64,000 nt of DNA, taken from assembly GCA_017506175.1 (NCBI GenBank), contig JAFVNW010000011.1, positions 20,227 through 84,226 of the forward strand, in the 5' to 3' direction. Positions within the stretch are counted from its first letter, which is position 1; every line of letters begins with the position of its first letter. The DNA is from Bacteroidales bacterium (GTDB lineage: Bacteria; Bacteroidota; Bacteroidia; Bacteroidales; WCHB1-69). The position numbers were made by a program, and so were the translations under genes. The notes beneath the pieces were generated by a model. It was not told the origin of the DNA, ran no database searches, and saw only the letters and a list, made by a program, of their open reading frames with translations. Positions 1 to 9,735 of the stretch are shown in pieces.

Positions 1-2734
1 GTTCGGTGATGGTGGTGTCTTTCTGAGTAGTACAGCCATGTGCATCGGTGATGATTGAAGTATAGGTGCCTGCGGTCAGAATTCTGCCAGTCAGGGAATC
101 GGTGGTAGTCAGTGTGCTGTCACCCATCTTCCATTCGAAGGAGTAAGGAAGCGTGCCGCCGAGAACAACCGGAGCAGCGCTACCTGTTGCATTGCCGTAG
201 CAGTCAACATTGATGGTGACGAAATTGTTGATGTATAATGAATCGGGTTGAGTCAATGTGATGTTGGTGTCAACAGAACAGCCATTAGAATCTGTTACGG
301 TAATCGCATAGGTTCCAGCTGCAAGGTTGATAACAGAATCGCTGTGCGTGAAATTGTCAACTCTGTAGGTGGTGTCCAAAACCGTTCCAATCGTGGTATG
401 ATAAGGAGGAGTACCACCATTGATGTCGAAGTGGAGCTTACCGGTATTGTCGTTGTAGCAGAGCAGGTCGGTACCAACAGCTGCCAATGTCAGCATGTTC
501 GGAGCGGCAACGCTGGTGTCGGCGGTTGCGGTACATCCGTTGGCATCGGTAACGGTAGCAGTCCAAGTGTCAGCGGTCAAGCCAGTGAAATGAGCCACGC
601 CGGCAGCTGCCATGGTAGTATCTTTGGTAACAGTGCCATTTGTCAAAGTAACCGTGTAAGGAGCATGGCCTTCAGCGATGCTGACTTCGATTTCGCCGTT
701 TGCGTCGCCATAGCAGAGAACCATGACAACGGTGTCGATGTCCAAAGTAACGTGAGCCGGGATGGTCACAACGATGTTGGTACCAACAGAATTGCCGCAC
801 ATATCGGTGACAGTGACGGTAATGATGGTGGTATCGGCGATGAAAGCCGTGGTGTCCATGCTCTGAGTATAAACGAGGCTGTCGCAGTTGTCGGTAGCGG
901 TAACGAGAGAGATCAAATCCGGAACCTTGTATTCGCAGTCGCTGCCCTTCATTTGAGCCATAACCGTATCAGGAGCAACAGTGATTACAGGCTTAATCGT
1001 ATCGTTGATTGTGAAAGCGATGGAAGCGGTGTCTTTCAAGGTACAACCATTTTCATCGATTGCATAATATAATGTATCTTTATATTGGGTGTTGCAAGTG
1101 GAAGGAACAGTCATCACGTTGGTATCATTGCCTGTGAAGCCGCTGCTCCAGAGAATTGAGGATTCAACGATGGTTGTGTCACCAGGGGTGATGGTGGCTA
1201 CGATGGTCAAGACGGTGTCCTTCGGGCAGATGAAAGCAGAGATGGTCGTGTCTTTCACATTGAAGGTTTCACCATTGAAACCGGTCATTGCAACGGTAGG
1301 ACGAGCATACACTTTTGCGTAGGCGGAGTCGGTAGCGGCGCAGGAGGTGCTCAACGTATAAAGCGCATGAGCATGTTCTTCGGTCACGTCAACTCTGTAC
1401 CAGCCGCTGTTGGCGGGTTGTGCATCGGCAACGGTGTAAGCGGTGTCGGTGGCGCCGGTAATCTCGGTACCTTCAAAATACCATTGATGAGTGGTATATC
1501 TGGCATCGAGGTAAACATGGAGTTCGTTGTCGGCGCAGATGGTGTCGGCGGTGACGTTCGGAACGGGCGACGGATAAACCTCAACAGTCACATGGAGTGT
1601 GTCGGGGCTTTCGCAAGTTGAGAGCGGATTATAGGAAATCGCTGAGAAGGTGCTGTCGCCGGTGAAGCCGAGCGGGAAATAAGGTTCGAGAGCCTCGCCG
1701 TTGTCGAGTGTATCGATAGCAGCTCCGGAACCGTCAAACCAGATGACCTGACCTTGGGCACCTGCCTGTTGCGGGATGGCTATGATGGAGGCATAGCCAC
1801 TATCGCAGAGTTGGAGGATGCTGTTCGCAGTGTCAAGAGCCGGAGCAAGCGGGTTCTCGATCACAAGGAAGAAAGTGACCACACTGTCGACAGCTGTGTT
1901 GCAAGAGGATATATTATAGAAATAAGCTGTATCTAATTGACCTGCTGGAGTGGCTTCGAAGAATGCCTGTACAGGATTGGTGCCATAGTAGAAAGTGTCG
2001 CCGACGCAGATGGTGACCGTATCAAGGGAAGCCGTATCGGTCTGTCTCAACGTGTCGGAAGAAAGCATTCCACACAGTTCACTCTGGTGACCACCGGCGT
2101 AGTAGGTTTCATCACCGGCAACCCAGAAGAGATCCCACTTGGTACCGTTGCATCTTCTGTAAAGCTCCAATACGAATTCGTAGTTCGCCTGAACCTTGGG
2201 ATTGACAATCAGGCGGTGGGCCGTATTGACGGTATCCCTGAAGAATCTGACATAGAAATAGTCGAATTCATATTGGTTGTTCTGACCAGGAAGCGAGACG
2301 ATGAAGTGACCTGTACGCTCGCAGTCGTTGTCATTGCCAAGTTGCGGAGTATAGGCACCAGGGAAGCTTCCGTGACCGTCGCCATCGTTGCAGTATTCGC
2401 TGGTATAACCCTTTCCCCACCATCTTACTGCATTGCCGATGTCAAATCTCGTTTCAAACTTGAACTCATTGAAATACTCACTCAAGGAATCGTCAGGAAT
2501 GAGCTGTCCATCCTTGAATATCTTCCACTCGATAGAGATTTTGTCATTATCCTGAAGACCCAGTGCATCAAAGCAACTTGAAATAGGGCTGATGTAAAAG
2601 GTATCAGACACATTGACTTGCATGGGATTGGGCAGATTCGGCGGGTCTAAAACCAAACCGGATTGAGCCTTAACGCCAATGCTGGTAAATGCCAAAAGCA
2701 AGCTTAAAAAGCAAAAAGATACAACTTTTTTCAT
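1..2734 (-). CDS. Giant secreted cell-surface protein with SprB-type repeats, N-terminal 911 codons (gene continues past the left window edge)
   Basis: ATG at 2734 (minus) followed by signal peptide MKKVVSFCFLSLLLAFTSIGVKAQS. The frame stays open to nt 1, so it has no stop in the window and is missing from the ORF track. It carries repeated C-x-G-x-x-[ND]-G...GG-x-x-PY modules typical of SprB/gliding-type adhesins: LCYGDANGEIEVSIAEGHAPYTVTL (644-718), LLCYNDNTGKLHFDINGGTPPYHTT (392-466), VDCYGNATGSAAPVVLGGTLPYSFEW (131-208). Plus-strand ORFs 248-1072, 1089-1322, 1367-1621 and 1937-2581 are its antisense shadows. Confidence 0.8.
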   Translation of the reverse strand, partial: MKKVVSFCFLSLLLAFTSIGVKAQSGLVLDPPNLPNPMQVNVSDTFYISPISSCFDALGLQDNDKISIEWKIFKDGQLIPDDSLSEYFNEFKFETRFDIGNAVRWWGKGYTSEYCNDGDGHGSFPGAYTPQLGNDNDCERTGHFIVSLPGQNNQYEFDYFYVRFFRDTVNTAHRLIVNPKVQANYEFVLELYRRCNGTKWDLFWVAGDETYYAGGHQSELCGMLSSDTLRQTDTASLDTVTICVGDTFYYGTNPVQAFFEATPAGQLDTAYFYNISSCNTAVDSVVTFFLVIENPLAPALDTANSILQLCDSGYASIIAIPQQAGAQGQVIWFDGSGAAIDTLDNGEALEPYFPLGFTGDSTFSAISYNPLSTCESPDTLHVTVEVYPSPVPNVTADTICADNELHVYLDARYTTHQWYFEGTEITGATDTAYTVADAQPANSGWYRVDVTEEHAHALYTLSTSCAATDSAYAKVYARPTVAMTGFNGETFNVKDTTISAFICPKDTVLTIVATITPGDTTIVESSILWSSGFTGNDTNVMTVPSTCNTQYKDTLYYAIDENGCTLKDTASIAFTINDTIKPVITVAPDTVMAQMKGSDCEYKVPDLISLVTATDNCDSLVYTQSMDTTAFIADTTIITVTVTDMCGNSVGTNIVVTIPAHVTLDIDTVVMVLCYGDANGEIEVSIAEGHAPYTVTLTNGTVTKDTTMAAAGVAHFTGLTADTWTATVTDANGCTATADTSVAAPNMLTLAAVGTDLLCYNDNTGKLHFDINGGTPPYHTTIGTVLDTTYRVDNFTHSDSVINLAAGTYAITVTDSNGCSVDTNITLTQPDSLYINNFVTINVDCYGNATGSAAPVVLGGTLPYSFEWKMGDSTLTTTDSLTGRILTAGTYTSIITDAHGCTTQKDTTITE

Positions 2735-2835
2735 AATCAAAATATTTATATTTCTATTCTATTTTTTTCTAACGATTTCTGATACAATAAGTTACATTTT
2801 TAGTTCAAAAATAATACTTTCTCTTTTCAATCTTG

Positions 2836-2843
2836 CAAAAATA
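2836..2843 (-). promoter_or_regulatory. Bacteroidota sigma-A type -7 box (TATTTTTG on minus strand) upstream of the SprB-like gene
   Basis: Plus strand reads CAAAAATA, which matches TAnnTTTG on the minus strand, about 100 nt upstream of the ATG at 2734. The motif has only 6 fixed positions, so chance hits occur. Confidence 0.4.
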
Positions 2844-2927
2844 CAACATTTTTTTTATCTGCAAACTTTTTTATTTTTTGTTTGACATTTTTTAAGAATT
2901 CCAGATTATAAGTATGAAATTGAAAAA

Positions 2928-2962
2928 AAACGTTACTGTCTATAAATGAGGAAGTAACGTTT
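2928..2962. terminator. Bidirectional intrinsic-terminator-like hairpin downstream of cdsA
   Basis: Perfect 10-bp stem AAACGTTACT (2928-2937) / AGTAACGTTT (2953-2962), with an A-run on the left and a T-rich run on the right. It lies about 55 nt past the cdsA stop. Confidence 0.6.
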
Positions 2963-3015
2963 CTTTTATTGCGAAAAACGAATAGATTATAAACAGTTTT
3001 CTGTGAAAAAAAACT

Positions 3016-3858
3016 TTACCCGAGAATGAGTATATAGGCCCAAGCGGCGGGAATTGCGAGGAAAGAGGAGTCGAAACGGTCCAAAATCCCCCCATGTCCG
3101 GGCAGTATCTTGCCAGAATCCTTCACCCCGCAGTTGCGTTTGAACAAAGATTCGACCAAATCCCCACAGGTCCCCGCTGCCACAATGATTAAAGCAAGGC
3201 CGACCCAATGAAACGGAGTGGAAAGGATGCCATTCCCGAAATAGGGTATGAAATAGAAAGACACGGAAAACCCTGCCGTCAAGACCAAGGAAGCGACCAA
3301 TCCCTCGACCGACTTCTTAGGGGAGATGCGCTCACAAAGCCGATGGCTTCCAAAAAGCGAACCCGCACAATAGGCAAGCGTGTCGCTCATCCAAAGGATG
3401 ATAAAAAGTGCCAACGGAATGGCCGGCCCATAGTCCAACAACATCGTGCCCAAAATTGCAAAGGGCAAAGCCACCCACAATGCCGGCAAGAATGAGACCG
3501 CCACATTAGACAGTGCATTGGGTTTCCGACGGAAAATTTCCACGATGAATATCAACAGTCCGAGCACGACAATGCAGGCCAAAAACAGTGTGGACAGTCG
3601 TAGGGAGAACACGGGTTCGCCATCCATCATACAAAAATGACAACCGAAAACGGAAACCGACAATAGTATTGAAAGGATGAAATTCCCTGATATGCCGATT
3701 TTAGCAGTCATTCGCAATAATTCAAAACACCCCATCCCCGTAAAAAAAAGGAAAAGCGCATAAAAGATACATGGACACTGCACATAAGACACCAAGGAAA
3801 CGACCACTGCCGCCACAAAGACAATGCCTGTGATTGTACGTATAATGAGATTTTTCAC
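3016..3858 (-). CDS. cdsA: Phosphatidate cytidylyltransferase (CDP-diglyceride synthase)
   Basis: 280-aa polytopic membrane protein with the C-terminal CdsA signature GDLVESLFKRNCGVKDSGKILPGHGGILDRFDS. The N-terminus MKNLIIRTITG is family-typical. The start codon is apparently GTG (3856-3858). Confidence 0.9.
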   Translation of the reverse strand: MKNLIIRTITGIVFVAAVVVSLVSYVQCPCIFYALFLFFTGMGCFELLRMTAKIGISGNFILSILLSVSVFGCHFCMMDGEPVFSLRLSTLFLACIVVLGLLIFIVEIFRRKPNALSNVAVSFLPALWVALPFAILGTMLLDYGPAIPLALFIILWMSDTLAYCAGSLFGSHRLCERISPKKSVEGLVASLVLTAGFSVSFYFIPYFGNGILSTPFHWVGLALIIVAAGTCGDLVESLFKRNCGVKDSGKILPGHGGILDRFDSSFLAIPAAWAYILILG

Positions 3859-3926
3859 TAACGGATGGTTTTATACAAAATATTATATATACTATAAATT
3901 AAATGCTTTCAAATTAAAAGCCTCCG

Positions 3927-4643
3927 CTATTGTTCCACGAGCAGCACCAACGTCACGTGAGGGTTCGCAACAGTGTAGTTACCTTCCACAACTCTTGTCG
4001 GACGAAGGATTTCCATCATATCAAACTGCAGTTCAACGTCTTCCGTGGGACGTTCTTCATTTTGGGAAGGTTGGGACAGTTGGACGAACAGGTCTTTCAA
4101 ATCGTGAGCAAAGACGCAGCCGGCCAACACGATGAGATTTTTAGCCAGATTACGGACAGAAGGATAGAGGAGCAAATTACTTCGCTGCGAAAAGACCAGG
4201 CTACCGGTGCGCGGAATCAGATACTCGGCATACACGATGGCAGCATCTACGGGCGAGTCGGCTGGAATGGAATCAACGAAGGGGATATGAAATGTTTGCA
4301 GCACATCGGCCAGCTTCGGTGAGGCATTGAGCACGGTCTGAAAGCCACCCTGATCGATTTCCGTCTGGACGTAGCCATAAATTTCACTTAATTTGTTGGA
4401 AATATACTGCTTGTCATTAGCGCGCATGCGGTTTCTGTTGAGCGTGAAAATAATACACTTGCCACCGGCCTCCTCGAACTGGCTCACAAACTCACTCAAT
4501 TCATCCGGAATTTCGTCGAACAGGCTGGTACTCTTGCTAATATCAGGAATAGGATCCTGGCTAGGCGTTGAAAGTGCCGTGCGAATGGCTTTACTGATTT
4601 TGTTTTTGCAAGAAGTGTTTCTTGTCTCGATAGTCTCCTGCAT
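3927..4643 (-). CDS. LUD-domain protein (LutC/YkgG-like)
   Basis: 238 aa. AIVYAEYLIPRTGSLVF and NLIVLAGCVF resemble the LUD/DUF162 core (ADYAIAETGTLV...). Its ATG overlaps the ftsH stop as TAATG, which suggests translational coupling. Confidence 0.5.
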   Translation of the reverse strand: MQETIETRNTSCKNKISKAIRTALSTPSQDPIPDISKSTSLFDEIPDELSEFVSQFEEAGGKCIIFTLNRNRMRANDKQYISNKLSEIYGYVQTEIDQGGFQTVLNASPKLADVLQTFHIPFVDSIPADSPVDAAIVYAEYLIPRTGSLVFSQRSNLLLYPSVRNLAKNLIVLAGCVFAHDLKDLFVQLSQPSQNEERPTEDVELQFDMMEILRPTRVVEGNYTVANPHVTLVLLVEQ

Positions 4644-6751
4644 TATGCATGATTTTGGTTTTCTTCCGTATTGGCAGCGGGCTTTTCCGATTCCGGCAAA
4701 GCGGCGGTAGCGGCCGAAGTATTATCCGTTGAGTCCTTATCCTCAATCGCTTCTGTTTCTTGAGCGAACGGGCGTCGGCCGTAGATTCTCTCCAAATCCT
4801 CCGCAAAAATCACTTCGCGCTCAATCAACAGTTGGGCCAGCTGGGTTAGCTTGTCCTTGTTGGCCGTGAGAATCTCCTTGGCTTTGCTGTAAGCGGATTC
4901 CACCAACTGATGTACTTGAATATCAATTTCTTCCGCAGTCTTTTCGCTATAGGGGCGGTTGAAGGAGTACTCGTTTTGGCCTGTGGAATCATAATAGCTG
5001 ATGTTACCGATTTTTGGATTGAGGCCATAGTAAACCACCATGGCATAGGCCATTTTGGTAACGCGCTCCAAATCGTTGAGTGCGCCGGTGGAAACCTTGC
5101 CGAAGTTCACCTCTTCGGAAGCGCGGCCACCGAGAAGCGAGCAGAGTTCGTCGAACATCTGGTCGTAAGTGGTCAGCTGGCGTTCCTCTGGCAGATACCA
5201 GGCCGCGCCCAATGCCTTTCCGCGGGGCACGATGGTCACTTTTAACAACGGGGCGGCGTGTTCCAGCATCCAGCTCACAGTCGCGTGCCCAGACTCATGG
5301 AAGGCGATGATTCTCTTTTCCTGCGGGGAGATGATGCTGCTGCGGCGTTCCAACCCGCCGATGATACGGTCGATGGCGGCGAGAAAATCCTCTTTGCCGA
5401 TGAATTTTTTGGAGTGGCGGGCGGCAATCAGGGCAGCCTCGTTGCATACGTTGGCAATATCGGCACCCGAAAAACCGGGGGTTTGTTTGGCAAAGAAGTC
5501 CAAATCGACATCATCACCCAGTTTGAGGTTGCGTACATGAACTTGGAAAATGCCCTTCCGTTCGTTGAGGTTGGGTAGTTCTACGTGGATTTGGCGGTCG
5601 AAGCGTCCGGCGCGGAGGAGGGCTCGGTCGAGGATATCCGCGCGGTTGGTGGCAGCGAGGATGATCACGCCAGCGTTCGGGGAGAAACCGTCCATCTCGG
5701 TCAGCAACTGGTTGAGGGTGTTTTCACGTTCGTCGTTGGCGCCGCTGATGGCATTGCGCCCGCGAGCGCGGCCGATGGCATCAATCTCATCAATGAAGAT
5801 GATACACGGTGCCTTCTCTTTGGCGGTCTTGAAGAGGTCGCGCACGCGGGAAGCACCCACGCCAACGAACATCTCCACAAAATCAGAACCCGAAAGCGAG
5901 AAAAAAGGGACCTTGGCTTCGCCAGCAACGGCACGTGCCAGCAGGGTCTTGCCAGTACCCGGAGGGCCAACCAGCAGCGCACCTCTCGGTATCTTCCCTC
6001 CCAATTCCGTATATTTCTTGGGATTCTTTAGAAAATCCACGATTTCTTCCACCTCTTGTTTTGCACCTTCAAGCCCTGCCACATCCTTGAATGAAATGTT
6101 AAGGTTGGCTTTCTCGTCGAAAAGTTTGGCTTTCGACTTGCCGATGCTGAACATTCCGCCACCGCTACCGCTACGTAAGGAACGCGAGAATAAGAAGAAA
6201 AGCAGAAATATCAGCAGGATGGGAAGAAACATCAGCACGATGTCCCATCCGTAACCCTTAGAAGTGTCTTCAGTGATGGGGAAAGTATAAGACTCCTCCA
6301 AATCATTCTTGGAGGGGAGAACTTGGTTCGTCGAATCGGACTGTGCCTTTGCATAGAGTTCATCCACCTCGTCATCGATGATTTTATTCAGGTTGTCATT
6401 GAACACCTGATAATCACCTTGTGCAATGAAATATTGGGGGCCTTCAAGGTTGTCTTTGAAATCCTTGTATTCGCTTTTTTCATCAATCGATTCACCCTTG
6501 AGATAGATGTAAACCTTCTGGTCTTTAAGGACCCATTGCGCCTTTTCAATATCCTGCTGAAGGACCAGTTTTTTGAATTCCTTGTTATTGATTTCTTTGG
6601 CAGTGTTGCTGCCGTTAAAGCCTCCCGGCCAGAACAGGGCGGCAATAAACACCAAGGTAATCAGCAAATACAGCCAAGAGAGGCTCCTGCCGGCCTTGTT
6701 TTTTTTACTGTTCGGTTGTTTTCGATTCGGATTCGCTTGATTATTATCCAT
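4643..6751 (-). CDS. ftsH: ATP-dependent zinc metalloprotease FtsH
   Basis: 702 aa with Walker A GPPGTGKT, Walker [33 protein letters not shown] and zinc motif HESGHA. Two N-terminal TM segments. Confidence 0.97.
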   Translation of the reverse strand: MDNNQANPNRKQPNSKKNKAGRSLSWLYLLITLVFIAALFWPGGFNGSNTAKEINNKEFKKLVLQQDIEKAQWVLKDQKVYIYLKGESIDEKSEYKDFKDNLEGPQYFIAQGDYQVFNDNLNKIIDDEVDELYAKAQSDSTNQVLPSKNDLEESYTFPITEDTSKGYGWDIVLMFLPILLIFLLFFLFSRSLRSGSGGGMFSIGKSKAKLFDEKANLNISFKDVAGLEGAKQEVEEIVDFLKNPKKYTELGGKIPRGALLVGPPGTGKTLLARAVAGEAKVPFFSLSGSDFVEMFVGVGASRVRDLFKTAKEKAPCIIFIDEIDAIGRARGRNAISGANDERENTLNQLLTEMDGFSPNAGVIILAATNRADILDRALLRAGRFDRQIHVELPNLNERKGIFQVHVRNLKLGDDVDLDFFAKQTPGFSGADIANVCNEAALIAARHSKKFIGKEDFLAAIDRIIGGLERRSSIISPQEKRIIAFHESGHATVSWMLEHAAPLLKVTIVPRGKALGAAWYLPEERQLTTYDQMFDELCSLLGGRASEEVNFGKVSTGALNDLERVTKMAYAMVVYYGLNPKIGNISYYDSTGQNEYSFNRPYSEKTAEEIDIQVHQLVESAYSKAKEILTANKDKLTQLAQLLIEREVIFAEDLERIYGRRPFAQETEAIEDKDSTDNTSAATAALPESEKPAANTEENQNHA

Positions 6752-6770
6752 TATTATGAATTGCTATGGT

Positions 6771-7151
6771 TTATAAATGTGTGATTTCAGCATCGTTCCA
6801 TAACGTTTCCAGCTGGTAAAAGGTTCGAGCTTCCGGCTGAAAAACGTGGACAATGATGTCGAAATAATCAAGCAACACCCATTCTCCATTGGCGATGCCC
6901 TCCACGAAAGTTGGTTTCACGCCTGCTTCGCGCTTGACGACTTCCTGCACAAAATCGCTGAGCGTTTCCACATGCGTTTTCGAGGTTCCGGTAACGATGA
7001 TGAATTTATCGAAATAGACGTGGTTGATTTTCTTCAAATCGATCACTGTGATGTCTTCTCCTTTTTTCTCCATCAAGGCTTGAACAATCAGTTCGCTGAT
7101 GTCGCCTTGGAAAAGATTTTCCTTTTTGGTTGCAACTTTTCTTTTTCCCAT
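6771..7151 (-). CDS. rsfS: Ribosome silencing factor RsfS (iojap family)
   Basis: 126 aa with an iojap-like core (DITVIDLKK...FIIVTGTS..H....WVLLDYFDIIVHVF..E.R.FY.LE.LW). It sits directly upstream of ftsH, the conserved arrangement. Confidence 0.85.
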   Translation of the reverse strand: MGKRKVATKKENLFQGDISELIVQALMEKKGEDITVIDLKKINHVYFDKFIIVTGTSKTHVETLSDFVQEVVKREAGVKPTFVEGIANGEWVLLDYFDIIVHVFQPEARTFYQLETLWNDAEITHL

Positions 7152-7174
7152 TTTCTACTTTAAAAATCAGTCTG

Positions 7175-7182
7175 CAAAGATA
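7175..7182 (-). promoter_or_regulatory. -7 box (TATCTTTG on minus strand) for rsfS-ftsH operon
   Basis: Plus strand reads CAAAGATA, about 25 nt upstream of the rsfS ATG. Confidence 0.4.
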
Positions 7183-7250
7183 CAATTATTATTTGGTTAC
7201 CATATTATAAAAAAATGCAAAAACGGGTTCAATCGTAAAAAAATAATTCT

Positions 7251-7258
7251 TAATTTTG
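7251..7258 (+). promoter_or_regulatory. -7 box TAATTTTG for protease gene 7291
   Basis: Matches TAnnTTTG, 33 nt upstream of the ATG at 7291. Confidence 0.45.
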
Positions 7259-7290
7259 CCCGCTTAAATTCAGACGTAAAAATTTAACCG

Positions 7291-9681
7291 ATGAAACGTT
7301 TTTATATCTTATTGAGTTTATTTATTTGCGCACTCTCACTCAGTCTCAGTCAAGTGGCGGCTCAATCCTTAGACGGCACGCTTCCACCCACCTACGGCAG
7401 TGAGTTGATTTTTTCGCAAATACCCCAAGTTCAGATTTCGCAACCCGACCAGGAATTCATGGACCATGCATTGTCTCGCGACCCAAAAAATGACATGTAT
7501 GTCATCTCGCAACTGAGGGATGCGGACATCAGCACGGAAAATGCCGGTATATGGGAGGTTTTGGAGAACGGAACCTCCGTTTGGCGCTGCAAAATCACCG
7601 GAAACGGTGCAAAAGCACTGGCACTACATTTCAATCGTTTCAATCTTCCGACAGGCTCCAAACTATACGTTTACGATGAGGATCGCACCCAACTTCTTGG
7701 CGGCTACAACCAGAACGACAATACCGGCGACAAAGGTTTTGCCATCGGCTTGATTTTAGGGCAGACTGTCATCGTTGAATACGTTGCACCCGCATTGATG
7801 ACCCCAAGAGAGAAAAAAGCCATCTTGAGCGAAGAGGTTGTCGCACCTGATTTTCATATTTCACAAGTGTCCTATATTTTCCGCGGAGTAAATGATTTGG
7901 AGCAACTGAGGGACTTTGGCGATTGTGGGAGCTGTGAGGTGAACGTCAACTGTCCGGAAGGCAACGACTGGCAACGCCAAAAGCGCGCAGTTGTCCGCAT
8001 TTACGTGGTGGAAGGCAATTCCGCAGGCTGGTGCAGTGGCACACTCATCAACAATCTCGCCAACGATGGCACACCGTACATTCTGACCGCCAACCACTGC
8101 GGTCCCAACGCCTCCGCTGCCAACTTCAACCAATGGATGTTCTTCTTCAACTATGAGCATCCCTCCTGCACCAATAGCAATACCGAGCCTAGCAGAAATG
8201 TGCGCACTGGCTGCACCAAAAAGGCCTATGGTAGCATCAATGGTGGCTCCGACTTCTTCCTGCTGCAACTCAATTCCGCCCCTGACAACTCATGGAATCC
8301 GATTTATGCGGGTTGGCGCCGCGACAACACAGCCGCTACCCATGCCACTGGCATCCACCATCCCGCTGGCGACGTAAAGAAAATATCATCTTCCAACACC
8401 ATCGCCACAGGTTCTTACTCCGGCTGTGCCTCCTCAGCACATTGGAAAATTTCCGACTGGGAACAAACCCAAACGAACTTGGGCGTCACCGAGGGCGGTT
8501 CCTCCGGCTCTGGCCTCTTCGACCAAGACGGTTACCTCGTAGGCACCCTTACCGGTGGCCAGGCAACTTGCAGCTACCCTCACAATGACTATTACGGGAA
8601 AATGTACTACCATTGGGACCAGAACGGAAGTGGCAACGATCAACGCCTCAAACCGTGGCTCGACCCCAACAACAGCGGCGCCAACACCTGCCCAATGTAC
8701 GACCCCAACAACCCTGACAACCCAGATGATCCAGACGATCCAGACGATCCAGACGATCCAGACGACCCAGACGACCCCAACACTCCCGATGACTCTACCA
8801 CTGTGAATCCCGATGACCCATACAATCCACCGATTCCCGGCAACTGCCACAAACTCCACTATCCACTCAACGGCACCATGACGCTCTACAGAATGGCCGA
8901 CAACAGCTACCTCTCCGGAACAAACAGTTACGGCGACCTCGCCAAAGCCGACTATTTCCAAAAGGATTCCACCGCCGAATACATAACCAACTTCAAGATG
9001 AATATAGCCCATATTTCCGGCAATGGAAGCGTGACTTTCTGTGTGTGGGCAGATAACAACGGACAACCTGGCGACCTTCTGGGCAGCAAAACCGTCACAC
9101 TCTCTCAGATTGCCGCCAACTGCTACGTGGAAAACGACCCTCAGATGCCAACCAACTACTCTGAATTCAGAATCAGATACATCTGTCATTTCGACAATTC
9201 CATCCCCATCAACGGCAGCTTCTTCGCAGGTATGATTCTACCGACCAACGGAAGCATCGCTCTTGTCACCAATTCCGTGGGCGACGGCACCAACACCGCA
9301 TGGGAAAAGAAAAGCAACTCTACGTGGGTTCCCTACTCCGATTCCACCTCATGGGGCATTTCTCTGACACATGCACTCTTCCCGGAACTTTGCGACAACG
9401 CCGAAACCAGCGGTATTGAAAACAATGCCCTCTCCAATGACGAGGTGATTGTGTACCCCAACCCATCTAATGGAAACATTACGGTGAAATTCATCAACAG
9501 AGAACTTCATAGTGCGCATATTCAGATATTTGATTTGAATGGCAAATGCCTGATTTCCAGAAGCTACAACAATGCCAGCGAAGTCAATCTGAATCTTGAA
9601 AATCTGAACAGCGGTCTTTACCTGATGAAAATCAACACTGAAAACCAAGTATTTACCCAAAAAATATCCGTCATTAAATAG
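7291..9681 (+). CDS. Secreted trypsin-like (S1, lysyl-endopeptidase-like) serine protease with T9SS C-terminal sorting domain
   Basis: 796 aa. Signal peptide MKRFYILLSLFICALSLSLSQVAAQ. Catalytic motifs LTANHCG (His), GGSDFFLLQL (Asp) and EGGSSGSGLF (Ser). An acidic Pro/Asp linker is followed by an extra beta-rich domain. C-terminal VIVYPNPSNGNITVKF...GLYLMKINTENQVFTQKISVIK is a T9SS (Por) CTD. Confidence 0.8.
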   Translation: MKRFYILLSLFICALSLSLSQVAAQSLDGTLPPTYGSELIFSQIPQVQISQPDQEFMDHALSRDPKNDMYVISQLRDADISTENAGIWEVLENGTSVWRCKITGNGAKALALHFNRFNLPTGSKLYVYDEDRTQLLGGYNQNDNTGDKGFAIGLILGQTVIVEYVAPALMTPREKKAILSEEVVAPDFHISQVSYIFRGVNDLEQLRDFGDCGSCEVNVNCPEGNDWQRQKRAVVRIYVVEGNSAGWCSGTLINNLANDGTPYILTANHCGPNASAANFNQWMFFFNYEHPSCTNSNTEPSRNVRTGCTKKAYGSINGGSDFFLLQLNSAPDNSWNPIYAGWRRDNTAATHATGIHHPAGDVKKISSSNTIATGSYSGCASSAHWKISDWEQTQTNLGVTEGGSSGSGLFDQDGYLVGTLTGGQATCSYPHNDYYGKMYYHWDQNGSGNDQRLKPWLDPNNSGANTCPMYDPNNPDNPDDPDDPDDPDDPDDPDDPNTPDDSTTVNPDDPYNPPIPGNCHKLHYPLNGTMTLYRMADNSYLSGTNSYGDLAKADYFQKDSTAEYITNFKMNIAHISGNGSVTFCVWADNNGQPGDLLGSKTVTLSQIAANCYVENDPQMPTNYSEFRIRYICHFDNSIPINGSFFAGMILPTNGSIALVTNSVGDGTNTAWEKKSNSTWVPYSDSTSWGISLTHALFPELCDNAETSGIENNALSNDEVIVYPNPSNGNITVKFINRELHSAHIQIFDLNGKCLISRSYNNASEVNLNLENLNSGLYLMKINTENQVFTQKISVIK
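8725..8778 (+). repeat. In-frame 9-bp tandem repeat (GAT CCA GAC)n encoding a (DPD)n linker
   Basis: The sequence reads gat gat cca gac gat cca gac gat cca gac gat cca gac gac cca gac gac ccc. It has about 4 perfect and 2 degenerate units and encodes PDDPDDPDDPDDPDDPDDP inside protease 7291-9681. Confidence 0.9.
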
Positions 9682-9735
9682 TTGAAACGCTGAACAAATC
9701 AATCAACCCATAAACAAATTCAAATCTAATTGAAA

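Noticed and set aside
248-2581. Plus-strand ORFs 248-1072 (274 aa), 1089-1322, 1367-1621, 1754-1936 and 1937-2581 (214 aa).
   Set aside because: They lie antisense to the much longer open minus-strand frame, which has a signal peptide and SprB-type repeats. Several start at non-ATG codons. Their composition is Gly/Val/Ser/Asp-rich shadow-ORF sequence with no motifs.
2679-2885. 68-aa plus-strand ORF (MLVNAKSKLKKQKDTTFFIIKIFIF...) in the AT-rich spacer.
   Set aside because: It overlaps the 5' end, signal-peptide codons and promoter region of the SprB-like gene on the other strand. It is a translation of low-complexity AT-rich DNA.
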